Positions 12,251-25,768 of a stretch of DNA of 64,000 nt are shown piece by piece; position 1 is the first letter of the stretch, and the number at the start of each line of letters is the position of its first letter. The notes under the pieces are model-generated. The model saw nothing but the letters and a program-made list of their open reading frames with translations, did not search any database and was not told where the DNA came from. The position numbers were made by a program, and so were the translations under genes. This DNA is from Pavona decussata. Its lineage: Eukaryota. The stretch spans positions 2,480,001-2,544,000 of the forward strand of contig CDRNST010000036.1 in NCBI GenBank assembly GCA_977016875.1, in the 5' to 3' direction.

Positions 12251-13842
12251 GTCTTGAAACCCATTGCATACATATATACATTGCATACATACATATAATT
12301 ATGATTGGCCTATTTTTAACTAGTGAATTGTGCATGCGCAATGAATGAGTTATAGCAGTTGGGGGAAAAATTTTTCACTTGCTCTGTCAATCAGTCAATC
12401 GGTGTGCTGTATTGATGAGCCAATTGATGAGCTTGGGTAACTGGTGCCTAGAGAGTTGGTGGGGGGCCTCATAGGATAAAGACACGCCAAGAGGTATCCG
12501 TGGCAACCCTGTGATCAGGAACCATCCATAGGCCACATCCTCCAATGGTGCTTGGAAAAGGAGGGACCCACGAACAGGATGACATGGGACCACCATCCCC
12601 CAAAATCTCTCCAAGCACCATCAACCTGAACACCTCAAGGTAGCGTACATGCCATGGCAATGTGTGAAACGTACCTTGAAATTTGCTACACTAAGCACTG
12701 ACTTTCAGTCAACAGATTACACAGCTGCCCACGAACTAGCTAGTTGAATGGGGCCTCAGCCTGCTAACCTCTGCGATGGTCATTATTTATTTTATGCGGG
12801 GCCGTTCTGAAAACCACTTTTGAGAGAACGTACCCTGTTTAAAGATTATTATTATTAACCAAAGAAGATGACAGAGCACCCAACACCTCTGACAGTGTCC
12901 TAATGTACAGTTGGTAAGCATTGCTATGCCATTACCTCAAGGCGAATAAGATGATCCGGAAATCTGTTCTGGGCAGCAACCGTGGCAGCCCCAATACGGG
13001 AATTGTGACTCAAGAAATGCGTTTCTGTTCCAGAAGTATGCAGGATCTGTCATAGCCAATCCATAATGCGAGCACAAGAAAGGGGCTGACCATTGCACAG
13101 TAAGAATAAGGGGCCTTGAGGATCTCCTCTAACTGCTAGATAGACTGTCATAGCACGACCAGCACAGAGAGGGTATATGGACACAACAGCCTTTGCAAAT
13201 AGGATCTGCTTTGGATGACTTCATTTTGATGCGTAGATAAGAAAGCGACACCACTGAATCCACTGCGATATCCCCAACTGTCGGATGAATCAAAAGGCAA
13301 AAAGTTGATAAGGATGACACTGTAAATTCTGCCAACCATGAGAACCCAAAGTATTCCAATGTACGTGCAGCCTAGAACCTGCAATGATCTGGTTGTTCGA
13401 GATCCAGAGTTTTCCAGAAGTTCACCCTGATGCTATTGGTGATGGGCAATCTGTTAGTCACAGCAGAGCCGTGGCAGCACTTGATGCCTTGAATCATGCC
13501 CTCTAACTAAAGACAATCCTGTAGTAGTTGCATTTATTTATTCACAATAAAAAATAACAGCAGAGCTGATGTGGTCATGTTATGAATAAAATGTAAAAAA
13601 TGTAATAAAAATAACACATTTCAATACTTAAAAAGCTGAAACTAAAACTATTTACAGTGATCCGAAAAGAAACAACTTGGACACATTCACATTCAAATCA
13701 AAATTCAAACAATTATTTACAGAAGAATACTTTTCATGTTGTTTCTTAAACAGTTTGTACCAGATAACTCGCTTGTTTGCATGTCCAGAGAATTCCAAAG
13801 GCTTAGTGATTTGTAACAAGTAGATTTGCAACAGAGGTTCGT

Positions 13843-14035
13843 TNNNNNNNNNNNNNNNNNNNNNNNNNNNNNNNNNNNNNNNNNNNNNNNNNNNNNNNNN
13901 NNNNNNNNNNNNNNNNNNNNNNNNNNNNNNNNNNNNNNNNNNNNNNNNNNNNNNNNNNNNNNNNNNNNNNNNNNNNNNNNNNNNNNNNNNNNNNNNNNNN
14001 NNNNNNNNNNNNNNNNNNNNNNNNNNNNNNNNNNN
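13843..14035. other. Assembly gap (N run)
   Basis: Run of N characters. Confidence 1.
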
Positions 14036-14039
14036 CCTC

Positions 14040-14500
14040 GAACTTACAGAGTAGCATTGAATAGCTAATATATTCAAGAAAATAAATATTAGAAAGAGTA
14101 AATAGACAAAATACAATAAAATGAAATACAATTACAATTACAATTCTATCATTATATATACACTATATACATACAACATTATAAACACTGTGGAAAGGCC
14201 TCATATTTAAGGATCTTTTGCTTGAATTGAAAAAAATCAGATGTCCTGTAAGTGTACGGGAGAGAGTTCCATATTTTACTAACTAAGTATGAAAAGGAGT
14301 GTAGCCCATAAGTAGTCGTTTTTGCTTTGGGAAGGTCCAGAATATAATTACCACGTAGATTATAGGATGAGGTACGCATATTTAACATATTCCTTAAATA
14401 ACTTGGATAGTTGGTAAAAAACAGACTCTTGTATAATATAATCATGAAATTCTGCAGGCGTCTAGTAAACAGCCTTTTTAAGTTAACTTTGCTGAGTAAA
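14040..14500 (-). mobile_element. CR1/L2-group LINE 3' fragment
   Basis: YPSYLRNMLNMRTSSYNLRGNYILDLPKAKTTTYGLHSFSYLVSKIWNSLP is the typical CR1/L2 ORF2 end. Confidence 0.8.
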
Positions 14501-16436
14501 AGGTCAGTTTCCTACGTAGATTGTATTTGCAAGTATACTTTTTTTTGGAAAGAGACAGGAGCAATTCCATAAAACATTTATGAGCGAGAACCAATAAGCA
14601 TGGTCTAGGACCTTATCAGTCAGTGTGTACCAGTCGTAACTGTAAATTATCTTGGCAGTACGTACATGCCTCCTTTCAAGCTCAAACCCTATAGGATTAA
14701 CACATAGGTTACTGAAGTGAGAATGATTTCAATGTAACAGATCAGGAAGTCCTTGTTGAATGTGGAGAGCATGAATGCCCAACAAGTAAACCTTTATGAA
14801 GTAGTGATGGATAGACTGTTCCAAAAAGGTTGCAAATAAACATAGTGTCCACTCATCAGCTGGACAAGGAGAACCAGAGGGGTGAAGCGTTCCCAATTGG
14901 CGACAGAACTCAACAAAGTAATCTTCTCTGGGGGGGTGTATATGATGCCTAGTGGACGTAGCCAAGCCTTGCGACATAAAGGACCAGCACTGCTGCTCTA
15001 GAGTGCAGAGATCAAGGCCCCTTTCAGCTGGGATGGAAGCAGAGTCAGTAAGTGTTGCACCTCTGGGACTAGGGGCCTGAATTGCTGGCAATTGAAACGA
15101 GAAAGTGCATCAGTAAATCGATTACCACCACTACTGGGAACAGTTCTTGATAGGCAATGGACTGTGATTGTTGTACAGTAGCCTATGAACCAGCAAACCA
15201 GAAGCCCTGGAAAAAGGCCCCAAAGCCAAATGAACCTGCCGCGTTGGATGCAACTCCTACGTCCGAAGTAGGGGACAACCCTCGAAGAGCCAGAAGCTAA
15301 CACTATGCCAGTGAGTCAAAAATTGCTGCCACCATTGGACATCCTGATGAAATTCATTATTAAGCTGGATAGGGTGATTTTTCCTCTGGAAACATGCCAG
15401 CAAGTCGATCATATGGCGTAAAAAGGCCCTGCCCGGCCAAACTACTTTGGCCCCATGATTAAGGTGGCCAATGAGAGACTTGAGCTTCCATCAATGACAC
15501 CACTTTTAAGGTAGCATAGCCGTGAGGTAATTAACTCCTTCAAAGCCTGTAATTTGTCCGCAGGAAGCCAGCAATGTGCTCAAGGGAGTCCAACTCAATC
15601 CCAAGGACTGTAAGCACCTGTGATGGCCCGACACATTTCCCTGGATGGAGGGGCAAACCAAGACACTGGCAAATAGGCATTGCGGTTTGCAAGTTCTGGC
15701 CACATTGAGGAGAAGCTGGGGGGCCTGTAGCAATAAAGTTGTCCAAATAGTGTAATAGTGTGTTTGCTAAAATCCATTAGACGGAATCAGCTACTGAATT
15801 GTAAATGTAAGGGGCTGACCACGCCATTTCATCCCCAACTGAGCACCATCAGCTAGGTGGACTGGAATGTTCGATAAGCCAATTCCACCTCAAATTTAGC
15901 CACAATCGCATCTCTCCCAAAACTGGACACCATGCAGATGACTTGATCTACTGTGATGTAGTGCAAGGTAAATTCCTCCATGTTAATGCCATCATTCACG
16001 CTAGCACCATCAGGAGAGGACAGGTCAGCGATAAGGCACCACTTCCCAGGTTGACCCTTTTTAGAAATAACACCGAAACTGATGACATGCAAAGTAGGGA
16101 ATGGAGGAGTGTAAAAAGGACCAGCAACCCTGCCTAAGGAAACCTCCTTTAGCGAGATACTCATCTATTACAGTCGGATGGAGAAGTGCAGATGGTTTGT
16201 TCTTATTGGCTGATTTAAGCTTGTCCCTGGGAAGGAAACGGAGTCTAAATCTATTGTGGAGCCCATCCAAAACATCAATGTTTATTGCTGATTACGATGG
16301 TAACTCCCAAGCAATCTGATCCACCTGCAAAGGACCAACCTCACACACTGGGGGGATAAGGCTGAATGGCAGAAAGAAAAACCAAAATTAAATGGCCAAC
16401 ACAGACATACACAGTGGAAGGGTCCCCTCCCCGAAA

Positions 16437-16966
16437 CCCTCTCTGGAAAGAAAAAAGAAAATCACAAACTAATACAAAGTCAATTTACCACCTTTAATGA
16501 AGGCGTTGTCCCATAAGGTTCTCGGCAGCATCAGGTGCTAAAAAGGAGTCGTCAAAGGCTCTTATTCCCTCGATCTTCTTTAAAATTTCTTTGAGGCCTC
16601 CGTCTTTTACTAATGACTTGGTGTTAACCGGGTCAGGCGAGATAGTATCAGCCCCAAGCCAAGTTCCAGAGTCTTGTTGCAGACCCGTGATTCTGTCCCC
16701 TCCTCTAAACCCTCTCTGGAAGAAAAAAGAAAAACACAAACTAATACAAAGTCAATTTACCACCTTGAATGAAGGCGTTGTCCCATAAGGCTCTCTGCAG
16801 CGTCATTTGCTAACAAGGAGTCGTCAAGAGCTCCTATTCCCTCAATCTTCTTTAAAAATCTTTTGAAGACTTCGTCTTTTGCTGATGACTTGGTGTTAAC
16901 CAGGTCAGGCAAGATAGTATCAGCCCCAAGCCCAGTTCCAGAGTCTTGTCACAGACCCATGATTCC
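16437..16966. repeat. Tandem duplication, two ~265-bp diverged copies
   Basis: ccctctctgga...cacaaactaatacaaagtcaatttaccacc...gagtcttgt..cagaccc.tgatt at ~16437 and ~16710. Confidence 0.85.
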
Positions 16967-17649
16967 CTTGCACAGTTATCTGTATTGGCCTCGCACCAGG
17001 TTTTGATAATGATGTCATTGAATTAAAATTGATTACATGTACTGCTCGTTGGGTCGTGATAATTGCTACGACTGACTTCACTTACGGTACTGCAGTTTAA
17101 ATGGGCAGGGCAAGAGGGACATTTCCATCTTGGTATTTGGTCATGGTAAACAAGTCATACACTTAAAAAATATCATTTCAGTCTCCTGTTCAATTCATGA
17201 GTCCCCTCACAGAGTGCTTTGATTAGTGTTTAACAGCTAACAACAACATTTATTCAAGAGGCAGCCAAAACAAAACTAACATAGAAATCACATATTGAAA
17301 AGGAAAACAAGAGGTGGACTCGAAAAGGTTTCCCTAAAAAAAAGATAAATAGGGGTGGGGACTCCTTTAAGTAAGATGGCCATTTACAAAATGAAATGTA
17401 ACTTTGTAAAAATGTATTTGAGTTTATACAATGACATTTGAAGTACAATGGTTACAGAACTAATTTATTTAAGAAAACTGGTAAGTCCATTCTTAAAGTA
17501 GTTTTAGTTTATGGCTTCAACAACAGACCTTGGCAAACTGTTCCATTAATGTACATTGGGGATAGGAAAAGTTAAATGGGTTAAGCTTCACAGGCTGAAC
17601 AAATAATAGATAGGAGTTAATCAATTTCAAAGACATGAGTTTAATATGC

Positions 17650-17930
17650 CAGGTTCTAGGCTGAGGCTGGTTGGGGTGCAGAGGGAATCAAAGATGGCAC
17701 CCTCTGTATCTGTATTGGTGCCACTTGGAGGAGAGGGTTGCTGGAATCGATTAAATATGCCCTTGCTGCGACACATGGTTTCAAAGTGTTCTGGTTGACC
17801 ACATTGGACACAGATTGTGCTGTAGGCTAGGCAGTCATTTCTCCTGATCCTGGTGGGGTCATTTCTGCCATGACCACACTTGTTTCAGTAGGAGCACAGC
17901 TTGCTGTTGTCACCAACCTTGCATTGTGTT
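17650..17930 (-). pseudogene. Ty3/Gypsy gag zinc-knuckle fragment
   Basis: Minus strand reads CSY*NKCGHG...DCLAYSTICVQCGQPEHFETMCRSK (tandem CCHC knuckles). Confidence 0.6.
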
Positions 17931-18404
17931 AGCTGTTCTTGTTTGACATGATCGGATTGGCTGCAAGAGAGTTTCAAGCTTTGGAAGCAGTATACACTGT
18001 GGATTTCAATCCATGCCATGTGGTTTTAACCTTAGGCAAAACTTATTTATTTACTTCTGAGTACAGAGACATGTTTAATATGAATCATCATTCCAGGGTC
18101 TCGAGTACTATAAAATTCCATATTTCTTAAAATGTCCTATATTGTCCTTTATTTCAGCCCTCAACTGAAAAACATGTGCATTTGTAAGACAAAGCTGAAA
18201 AGACGCAGCGAGTTAAAAAGTTTGTGAAAATAAGCTTTTTTTGGTTTCTTTCTCAGTCTACCTCAAACATGTAAAATGCTGGTGGAAGGTCTACACAACT
18301 CCTACAGCTTACATACATACATTAATTAAAACTCCTTGAAAAGGGCTGTTCTGCTATAATGGCAATTAATAATAAGTAAAAGGAGGAAAATAGTAAAAGT
18401 TTAA

Positions 18405-18409
<5 letters not shown>

Positions 18410-18435
<26 letters not shown>

Positions 18436-18446
18436 AGAAATAAATA
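18410..18446. repeat. (AAAT)n microsatellite
   Basis: aaataaataaataaata run. Confidence 0.9.
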
Positions 18447-18529
18447 TACGAATAAATGAATTAATAATACTAGTGATCCCGAAGTATGTTCTCGTATGCT
18501 TGCAGAGGGTTAATGTTATGATTCAGATG

Positions 18530-19060
18530 ATTTGCATGATAGTCACTGAACAAAGCCATGTGCTTAACTGTCACCTGTTTTGTATTTTGATCTCAAAATC
18601 TCTTCTGGGTTATGAGTTCCACGTTTCTTGTCTGTTCATTTGACCTCTTGTTGTTTCTGTAAGGATAGGATTTGAACAATGTCATAATCTTTATCTTGCA
18701 GTTTTTGTTCTGCCAGACCCAGCTATTTGTTTTTGCAGCAAGATGTGGTGTTTCTTATCATGGCTATAATTTGCTTTTTGATCCTTTCTTCCTTTTGTAG
18801 CTTCTAGGAGAGCTATGCACTGGGTGAAATTAAGGGCATAAGTTTGCTTTTTGTTATGGATGTGTTTTTGTCATCGCTTTGCTCTGCTCCATAGCTGTGA
18901 GGTTTGTGTTGCAGGGCTTAATTTTTTTCTCCTGTGTTTGAGTACACCATTAAATGATTAGGCAAGACCATGGTTTTTATCCTGTCTTCATCTCATTGTT
19001 TGCTTAGAATGGCTTGATTTGAGTCGCTCTTTAGGCAACATTGTTCTTTTTGTGAGAACA
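18530..19060. repeat. Unclassified dispersed repeat (other copies 23730-24100 and 59965-60330)
   Basis: Shared gtcactgaacaaa(g/a)cca..ttaa..gtc.catgttttg.attttgatct..aa...tcttgcagtttttgt.ttgc. Confidence 0.75.
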
Positions 19061-19204
19061 GCAGGGCATTCTATTTGCTGTAAGTTTTTGCTTGTGTTTT
19101 TATACCCACTGGGTGGATCGAAAATACGACATTTATATTTGCTCTGTAGGTTACCAATTGTGAACTGAGAAATTCAATCTCTCCCTGTTTGAAGCTTGTG
19201 CATG

Positions 19205-20765
19205 TTGCTTGAGGGATGCCTAGGGCTTGAAAAAACTCAATGACAGCAATTGAGCCAATATTGAAATGGGCAACTGCATCATACAGGCCTGATTGTAATG
19301 TCTCACTTCCAACATAGACTTCTTTAGGAATTCTCTGCCACACCATCCCATTCAAGGACTCGTTTTGGTTCTGTGTCTTGCCATGCAGGCACTTCTTGAG
19401 CAAGTTATCCTCACTAAGCCTGACATATTCTGGCTTTACCTCTTTAATCACAGCTAAGGTAAGGCCAGATCCATGCTTGTACAGGTTTGTGCGGTTGGCC
19501 TTGTCCTGCTGATACCTGTACCAGCTTGTACTCCCTGTGCAGTGGTCCTGAAGAGGGTGTGCCTCACTTGATGCACAATGCCTAAGGCTAGCATGTATGG
19601 CTCTCTTCATCCCAGCCAAATTTCCCACATTAAACCTTATGGCTTTGCCATAATAATTTTGAAGTTTATCAATTTGCCTGTCTGTTAGTTTACCTTTGCC
19701 TCCGAGGCCTGAATTGTCATGCTTTAATTTAGGGAGAGCAGATCCAACTCTCTTTTGCACGTGACCGATGCATTCCTTCTTTTCTACTTCAATTCCAGCG
19801 TTTTGATAAACACCCTTCACTCTACTGTAACTCTTACTGTCCCTGTCCCCATAAAATTCAGTGTACCTGAGATTGTGGAACATGGGGTCTGCTCCTTCTG
19901 GTTCCATAGCAGGAGTAGATCCCGGGAAATTTGCTTTGCATTATGGGTACCGTATACCTTCAAAGGTGTCTCGCGTCCAAACGATGTAGCACGTCCGGTT
20001 TAAACTGTAGATACCTGAACCCTTATATCAAATTAAAGCAGCTAATAGAGCTGGCTATCAAACTATACCAAGAATTTTGAAATAAAATGAATTGCCAAAT
20101 GTTTAGCACTGTTTTCTCGAATCAAGTTTTCACTTGGAGGAGCCACTTCATAGAGCTAAAACTTTTGCCTTCAAATTTGGACAGTAGCTAGTTTAACATA
20201 TAAACAACAAAAACGTGTCTGCCAAAATATTTTTTCTCTGAGAGCGATTTTTGTACCATCACTCCACATTTTTTTGATTCGATTTCAAAAATGTCCTAAA
20301 ACTTTTCACTTTTCAATACGGCTAAACGCAGACACGTTTTTTTAGCACTTTGGGTCCGGAAACTGAGGAGCAAATAAAATTAGCGCAAAACAAAATTTGC
20401 TCTGACTTGTAGCTTTCAAAAGGTGATTCAGACGCTCGCATTTAGAGGTCGTGAAAAATTCGACAATTCATTTTATTTTGAAATTCTTGGTATAGTTTGA
20501 TAGCCAGCTCTCTAAGCTTTAATTTGATATGGGGGTTAAGGTATCGACAGTTTAAACTGGACGCGCTACATAACTTGGATGCGAGACACCTCTGAAGGTA
20601 TAAGGTAACCTTAAGTGTGATCAGCTTTCCATATCTGATATTCCAGAGAGGTTTTATCCAGGTGTTCATGGCGCCCACACTGTTTACACCCTTGGCTAAG
20701 GGCTTCCACATCAAGGACCTTTCCTGTGTCCATGGATACCACCATGACACAACCATAGCAAAAGA
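19205..20765 (-). pseudogene. Kolobok-type DDE transposase (PF20700 'Mutator-like' domain), split by a MITE and truncated
   Basis: VSMDTGKVLDVEALSQGCKQC..YQIWKADH / CKANF..AMEPEGA..LRYTEFYGDRDSKSY..KKECIGHVQKRVG..GKGKLTDRQIDKLQNYYG..LLKKCLHGKTQNQNESLNGMVW. Confidence 0.85.
19945..20610. mobile_element. TTAA-targeting MITE with ~190-bp TIRs inside the transposase
   Basis: TTAT|GGGTACCGTATACCTTCAAAGGTGTCTCGC ... GCGAGACACCTCTGAAGGTATAAGGTAACC|TTAA; the host reading frame is continuous across it. Confidence 0.85.
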
Positions 20766-21779
20766 AGATCATCAAAACCACTTGACACTTGCTTTAGAAT
20801 GGAAAGAAGGCAAAAGGAGAACAATGTGGTTGTGGTAAACCAATACCAGGTCCCTAACGGGTAAATCATACTTAGTATCCAGGTTCTTATCTTATATATG
20901 ACTTGCTGTTCTAAATAACTTATAGGAGTGGTTTGCACAAGCAAATTTACACTTAGTAAATAAAAAGAGGATTATGCAAGCAAGCAAATTGGAACAAGCC
21001 ATCAAACACTTATCAAACAATCATCAAACAAAGCTTAGTTTGTGTGTGCCGAAATCAGTCTTTTGGCATTCCTCAGTAGGAAGTTACATTCTATGTGGTT
21101 TTAGTGTTGACCTGGTGTGCTGTATGTCAAATGTCCATGAATATACACAGAGATAGAGGAAAGCCACAATCACAAAGTAAATGGATACTGAGTAAATATG
21201 TAGGTTCAAACATATTCTCAGACGTTCCATAATATCAGAAGCCAAAATTAAGAAGAAAAAACTGAACACTTCACTGTTGTTGCACCTACCAGTCACCGGC
21301 CCAGAGGAAGGCCTTGGCAACATTTTTCAGTTAGCCCTATGTATATCTTTTTGGTAATGTGACAAAAACAGTTACCGACTGGAGCTCTGCATTCTCCCCT
21401 TAAAATAGTACAGCTGACTAACATGTCAATTTTGGAAAGAAAGCATGTTAGAGAAAAATAAATCTAGGCAGATGAATTAAATGTCACAGGCCAGTATGCT
21501 GGTTTTCAGCCAGGTGGGTTTATTTTCTGTTAAAACATACCAGATGGGTACTTGTACTGTCACACTCATTGAAGTGAGCAGGTAGCAGCCTCCATAATGC
21601 CTTTTATATGTTAGCGAAATAGGTTTTCTGCCTGCAGTCTACAAGGGAGCAGGGAACCGTAAATGTCAATGACCTTGTGAAGGTCCACAGGGGTACTGTA
21701 ACGGATGTGACAGTGATGATCACAATGATGGTCTGGATAAATGGGCAACATAGGTGTCCGTTTTACATTATTTCTCTGG

Positions 21780-22030
21780 AGAGTAAGACCTGTTGTCAGC
21801 TTATGTAGGGTGCTGTTGTTGCTGCTTTTCAGTCCATTTGTTCATCCCACCCCTTTTTATGATTGTGAAACAGGATAAAGTGAACGAAGTAATAAACTTG
21901 ATCATCTGCAGATGTCAGAGCAAAGGCAACACCTTCTCCTCAGTTATTTTAAGACCCTGAGTGCCGGTCTGGGCCAAGAATTGAACTCGGGATTACTGCT
22001 CTGAAGTCTAATACCCAACAACTTAAACAC
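21780..22030 (-). mobile_element. Degenerate tRNA-derived SINE
   Basis: cttctcctcagttattttaagaccctgagtgccggtc...gaattgaactcgg is a reverse-complement B-box and body. Confidence 0.6.
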
Positions 22031-22312
22031 AGAGCGAGCCTATAAAACTAAAAGGGAAGGACACACCCCCTTTGAAGCGCTTTGTGGGCTTCCAAACGGA
22101 TCAGTATAATGGCTGATGTTGTCGGTAACGGTCGAGGAAAAAAGAGAGAAGAACTATTGTTTGTAAAATCGAAGAGGGAATCGATTTATCAATAAAAATA
22201 AGCTAAACGCTAACTATATATCTTGTAAAACACCAGAAATTAGCGAGTTTAACGATAATAACGGAAATGATCAAGTTTCATTGCCGCAATCGAAAGATTA
22301 TAGGAAAACTTA

Positions 22313-23500
22313 CCTCCAATTTCGAAATCCTTCCAAATACACAGTACAAAGATCGAAACCATTACCGGTATAAACTGAAGCCTGCGATGAACTGGACATC
22401 TGTATCCCTCCATCTGAGCATGCCGATAACCAAAACAAGTCTGTGTTGTTCGCCAAAACTGGCGGGATTTTCAAAATTTGGCAGATGTTTTCTGCTAAAT
22501 GGCCGCTCGAGTCGTCATCTTGGGTTCAAGTTCTTCAGACTTGTTCTATTCAGAGCAAACAAATTCGTAACCAAATTTACTATCAATAAAACAAAGAATA
22601 CCTGAAAAATGGGAAATTGAGGTTCAACTTCAATATCGAGGTAAAAAATGGCAGTATAATTATAGCTGGCATATATAAGTATTGACTGTAATATAAATTT
22701 CCCTTTTTCGGAAAAGCTTGCTATAAAAATAAACACATTACCGCTTGTGTATCTATCGATCATGACATGACTAATCAGCTAGAAGTGGTAGTAATAAATT
22801 CTAAACTTCTATGCACAAGTCAAAAATAAAAGCATCTAAACACATTACATACGTGATCATGCACATTTGCATAATTTGCTAATTCGAAAAATCACCAAAG
22901 ATATAAACATAACACGACCTGATGTTGCTCTCATGTATGTTATGGATGAAATGATAATGGCAATGGCTCTCACATTAGTATTAAAATTAGCCAGTACTAA
23001 ATATATTTTAAGTTAATACAGTAAGCAATAAGAGGCAGACTTCAAAAAGATTACCAGTTGTCTTGCGTGCGATCGATCGCTGAACGACACAAAGGCTCGA
23101 AGCGATTCCATCTCGGAAACCGGTATCAGAAGAACAACCTATTTCGAGACAGAGTTTGTTTGCGAACTTTATCTTTTTCATTTCGGAATATCTCGAAAGG
23201 ATAAGATTTTACCAGCCGATAAATGAATTTCCAATCTCAAAATAGACGGATAACTTACCTTTCTAAATTGTTCTCCTGTAGCCATATTCGTTGGATTGAT
23301 TTTGAACTAAATAATTTGAACTAAAACAGCTTTTCCGCCGACTCGTCACGTCCTTTCGAATTGAAGTTGCGGGAACTTGAATGCGCTAAAGTGAGACCTT
23401 TGGTAATCACTCAATCAGATACGCGCGTTTGGGATTTTTGATTGACAGTCTGAACTGTTCAGCCTGGTCTTATAGGATTGCTCCATGTTTAAGCTAACCA
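22313..23500 (-). promoter_or_regulatory. Candidate Pol II promoter and two 5' non-coding exons
   Basis: CpG-retaining region with CCAAT/ATTGG-like motifs at ~23410-23505; strong minus-strand donors AAAG|GTAAGT (~23258) and GGAG|GTAAGT (~22313); acceptor CCCATTTTTCAG| (~22601). Confidence 0.3.
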
Positions 23501-23594
23501 ATTGGCAGTTGTGAAGAAGTTCTAGGTTGGACAAGCAGTTCTTCCCATTTATTCTCGCAGTAATTATTGTTTGGTCATCACAACATGCTTGCAC

Positions 23595-24290
23595 TTCTTT
23601 TGCATTTGCAAGACATGACTGGAATCATGCAGCTGATTTGTAGCAGAATGTTGTTGTTTGGACACAAGATAGAAGCACAATCTTCAATTTCTGCTGCTGG
23701 CCTCTGTTACGTTTTCTTTGACAGCCGTTTGCATTGATGGTCACTGAACAAAACCACGATTAACCGTCACATGTTTTGTATTTTGATCTGAAAGTCACTT
23801 CTTGGTTATCAGTACTGCATTTCTTGCCTGTTTATTTGAGCTCTTGTTCCTGTTTAGCAACTGCAGTTCTTATGCCCTTTGAGGCATTTAATTTTGGCTT
23901 GGTTTGACTTGTTTCCGTACATCCGGTCACAGTACAGCCTCTCTTGTTTTCTTTGTATGGATAGGATTTGAACCATGTAATGATCTTTATCTTGCAGTTT
24001 TTGTATTGCCGGACCCCACTACATGTATTTGTTTTGTGGCAAGATGTGGTGTTTCTTTTCATGGCTATATGTTTTTTGAATCTACCTTTGTAGCCTCTGA
24101 GAGCTTCTTCTTTTGCATTTGCAAGACGTGACTGGGATCATGCGGGTGATTTGGAGCAGAATGTTGTTGTTTGGACACAAGATAGAAGCACAATCTTCAA
24201 TTTCCGCTGCTGGCGACCCTGGTCTCAGTTCTGTTTTCTTTGACAGGCATTCATTTCTATGCCATGCTAGTTCAATTGCCAAAAATCTAG
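23595..24290 (-). pseudogene. hAT C-terminal dimerization-domain fragment, duplicated (23595-23720 and 24108-24290)
   Basis: LCPNNNILLQITRMIPVTSCKCKRRS matches the hATC 'PN..LL.I...PVTSCECERS' motif. Confidence 0.65.
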
Positions 24291-24869
24291 AGATTGGAGA
24301 TGATTACTATACATAATAGCCAGCAAGGTACTGAGTGGGAAATAGTTGACTGTTCTTTTTAAAGCTCTTAGGACTTTTAAAGAGTACTGAACACCCCCAC
24401 TCCCCCACCTTATAGGCCTGTATTACTGGCTTGCTGGAAGAAAAAAAGAAACATGCTGTTACTGAACCTAATGGCACATGAAACTTCCTAGAAGCTCAAT
24501 CAGTTTGCATTGTCATGAAAGCCTGGACGGCCGTATTTCACAATATCACAGTTCAAATAAACAAAACTATTTATTCTAAATTCTCTGACAAATACACTCA
24601 CGGTTCATACGCCCACAGCGACTCGCTTCTACCTTTATTATATTGGGCAAGTTTCAAGTTCTCCTAATGCTGTGCTATGCAATGAAATCACAAATCACTG
24701 TCAATATTTAGAAGGTGTCCATCAATGATTCCTTATCTTATTGATCAAAAACTAGCGATTTCATTTCCTTTTCGTATTATTGATTCAAACTCAATTAACA
24801 TGAAAATGTCGTGCTGTCAACAATAACAACGACAATTTATTTATAAATTAAATTCAGATTACATAAGGG

Positions 24870-25625
24870 GCTTGTTCCACAAATAGCCACAAAGCTAGTT
24901 GAGGCAGAACAAGACGAACATGAGAACATAATGGAAAAAATACAGTAAATTACAAACATGCTGGAAAACAGAAAAACTTAACTTTAGATAATAATGCAGA
25001 TTTAGATAAGGCTATGTCACACTACCCACTACACACTTCCCCTGCTCATCACAAAAAAGGGATGAACAACAAAGACTAAGTAAATCACATAAATCTATTG
25101 GAATGAAAGTACTGAAAGTTTCTAAGTGCTTGTTCAAAGCATAGTTAATGAAAGGCAATGGTTATGAAGCTTGACAAACTCCTTTGTTATATGTTTTTGT
25201 TAGCGTTTTTGGCCTTGACCGTGCACAAACTACAATAGATTTCGAAATGTGTTGGAGCAACTGACCAATAGAAACGTTCCTGCTAAGATATTCAACTGTG
25301 GTGTGAACAGTTAAAACAAAGGATTGTGCAGGGTCGCGGCCCTTTCAACATAAACTGCAGCACCATTGTTTTCATGGCAAAGTTTCATAACCAGTCCCTC
25401 AATTAACTATGTTCAAAGTTCATTCTTCTTCATCGGCTATAATCTGTATCTGAGTTGGTGCTGCGACCGCCGCATCTCTTCTCAGCCTGAAGGCTGGTAC
25501 ATGAGCATTCAGGTTTACTCTGGGCTTGTCTGTTTCTCTGTCACAAGATAGTTCCAACGGATAGAGATACTGAATGGGCCTCTCCAAGTATGACTTCCTA
25601 GCTCCTAAGCGAACAAGGATCAGAG
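24870..25625 (-). mobile_element. BEL/Pao LTR retrotransposon 3' remnant
   Basis: Minus strand VRLGARKSYLERPIQYLYPLELSCD..LNAHVPAFRLRRDAAVAA is the typical BEL/Pao pol end, followed by presumed LTR sequence. Confidence 0.7.
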
Positions 25626-25768
25626 GTGTAATGTATGGATCTGCCCTTGTGAATTAATTGATGATCTTGATGGTTGGATAAATGAAGCTGAGAACTTTTA
25701 CAACTACAAAGTTTATGAAGTGCTATAACTTATCCTTAACTTCATCCCTCCTTTGCATCAGGTCTTAA

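Larger units (their letters stand above)
12390..16400 (-). mobile_element. Degenerate DIRS/Ngaro tyrosine-recombinase retrotransposon, interrupted at ~13520-14730
   Basis: RT: EVSLGRVAGPFYTPPFPTLHVISFGVISKKGQPGKWCLIADLSSP..SVNDGI and LDNF..LTVLGIELDS. YR: SQGLATSTR..IKVYL and YFGFSWLAEFTV..LRIKMKSSKADP..KG. Many stops and frameshifts. Confidence 0.9.

Noticed and set aside
13652-14131. ORFs spanning Xs
   Set aside because: Created by the N gap.
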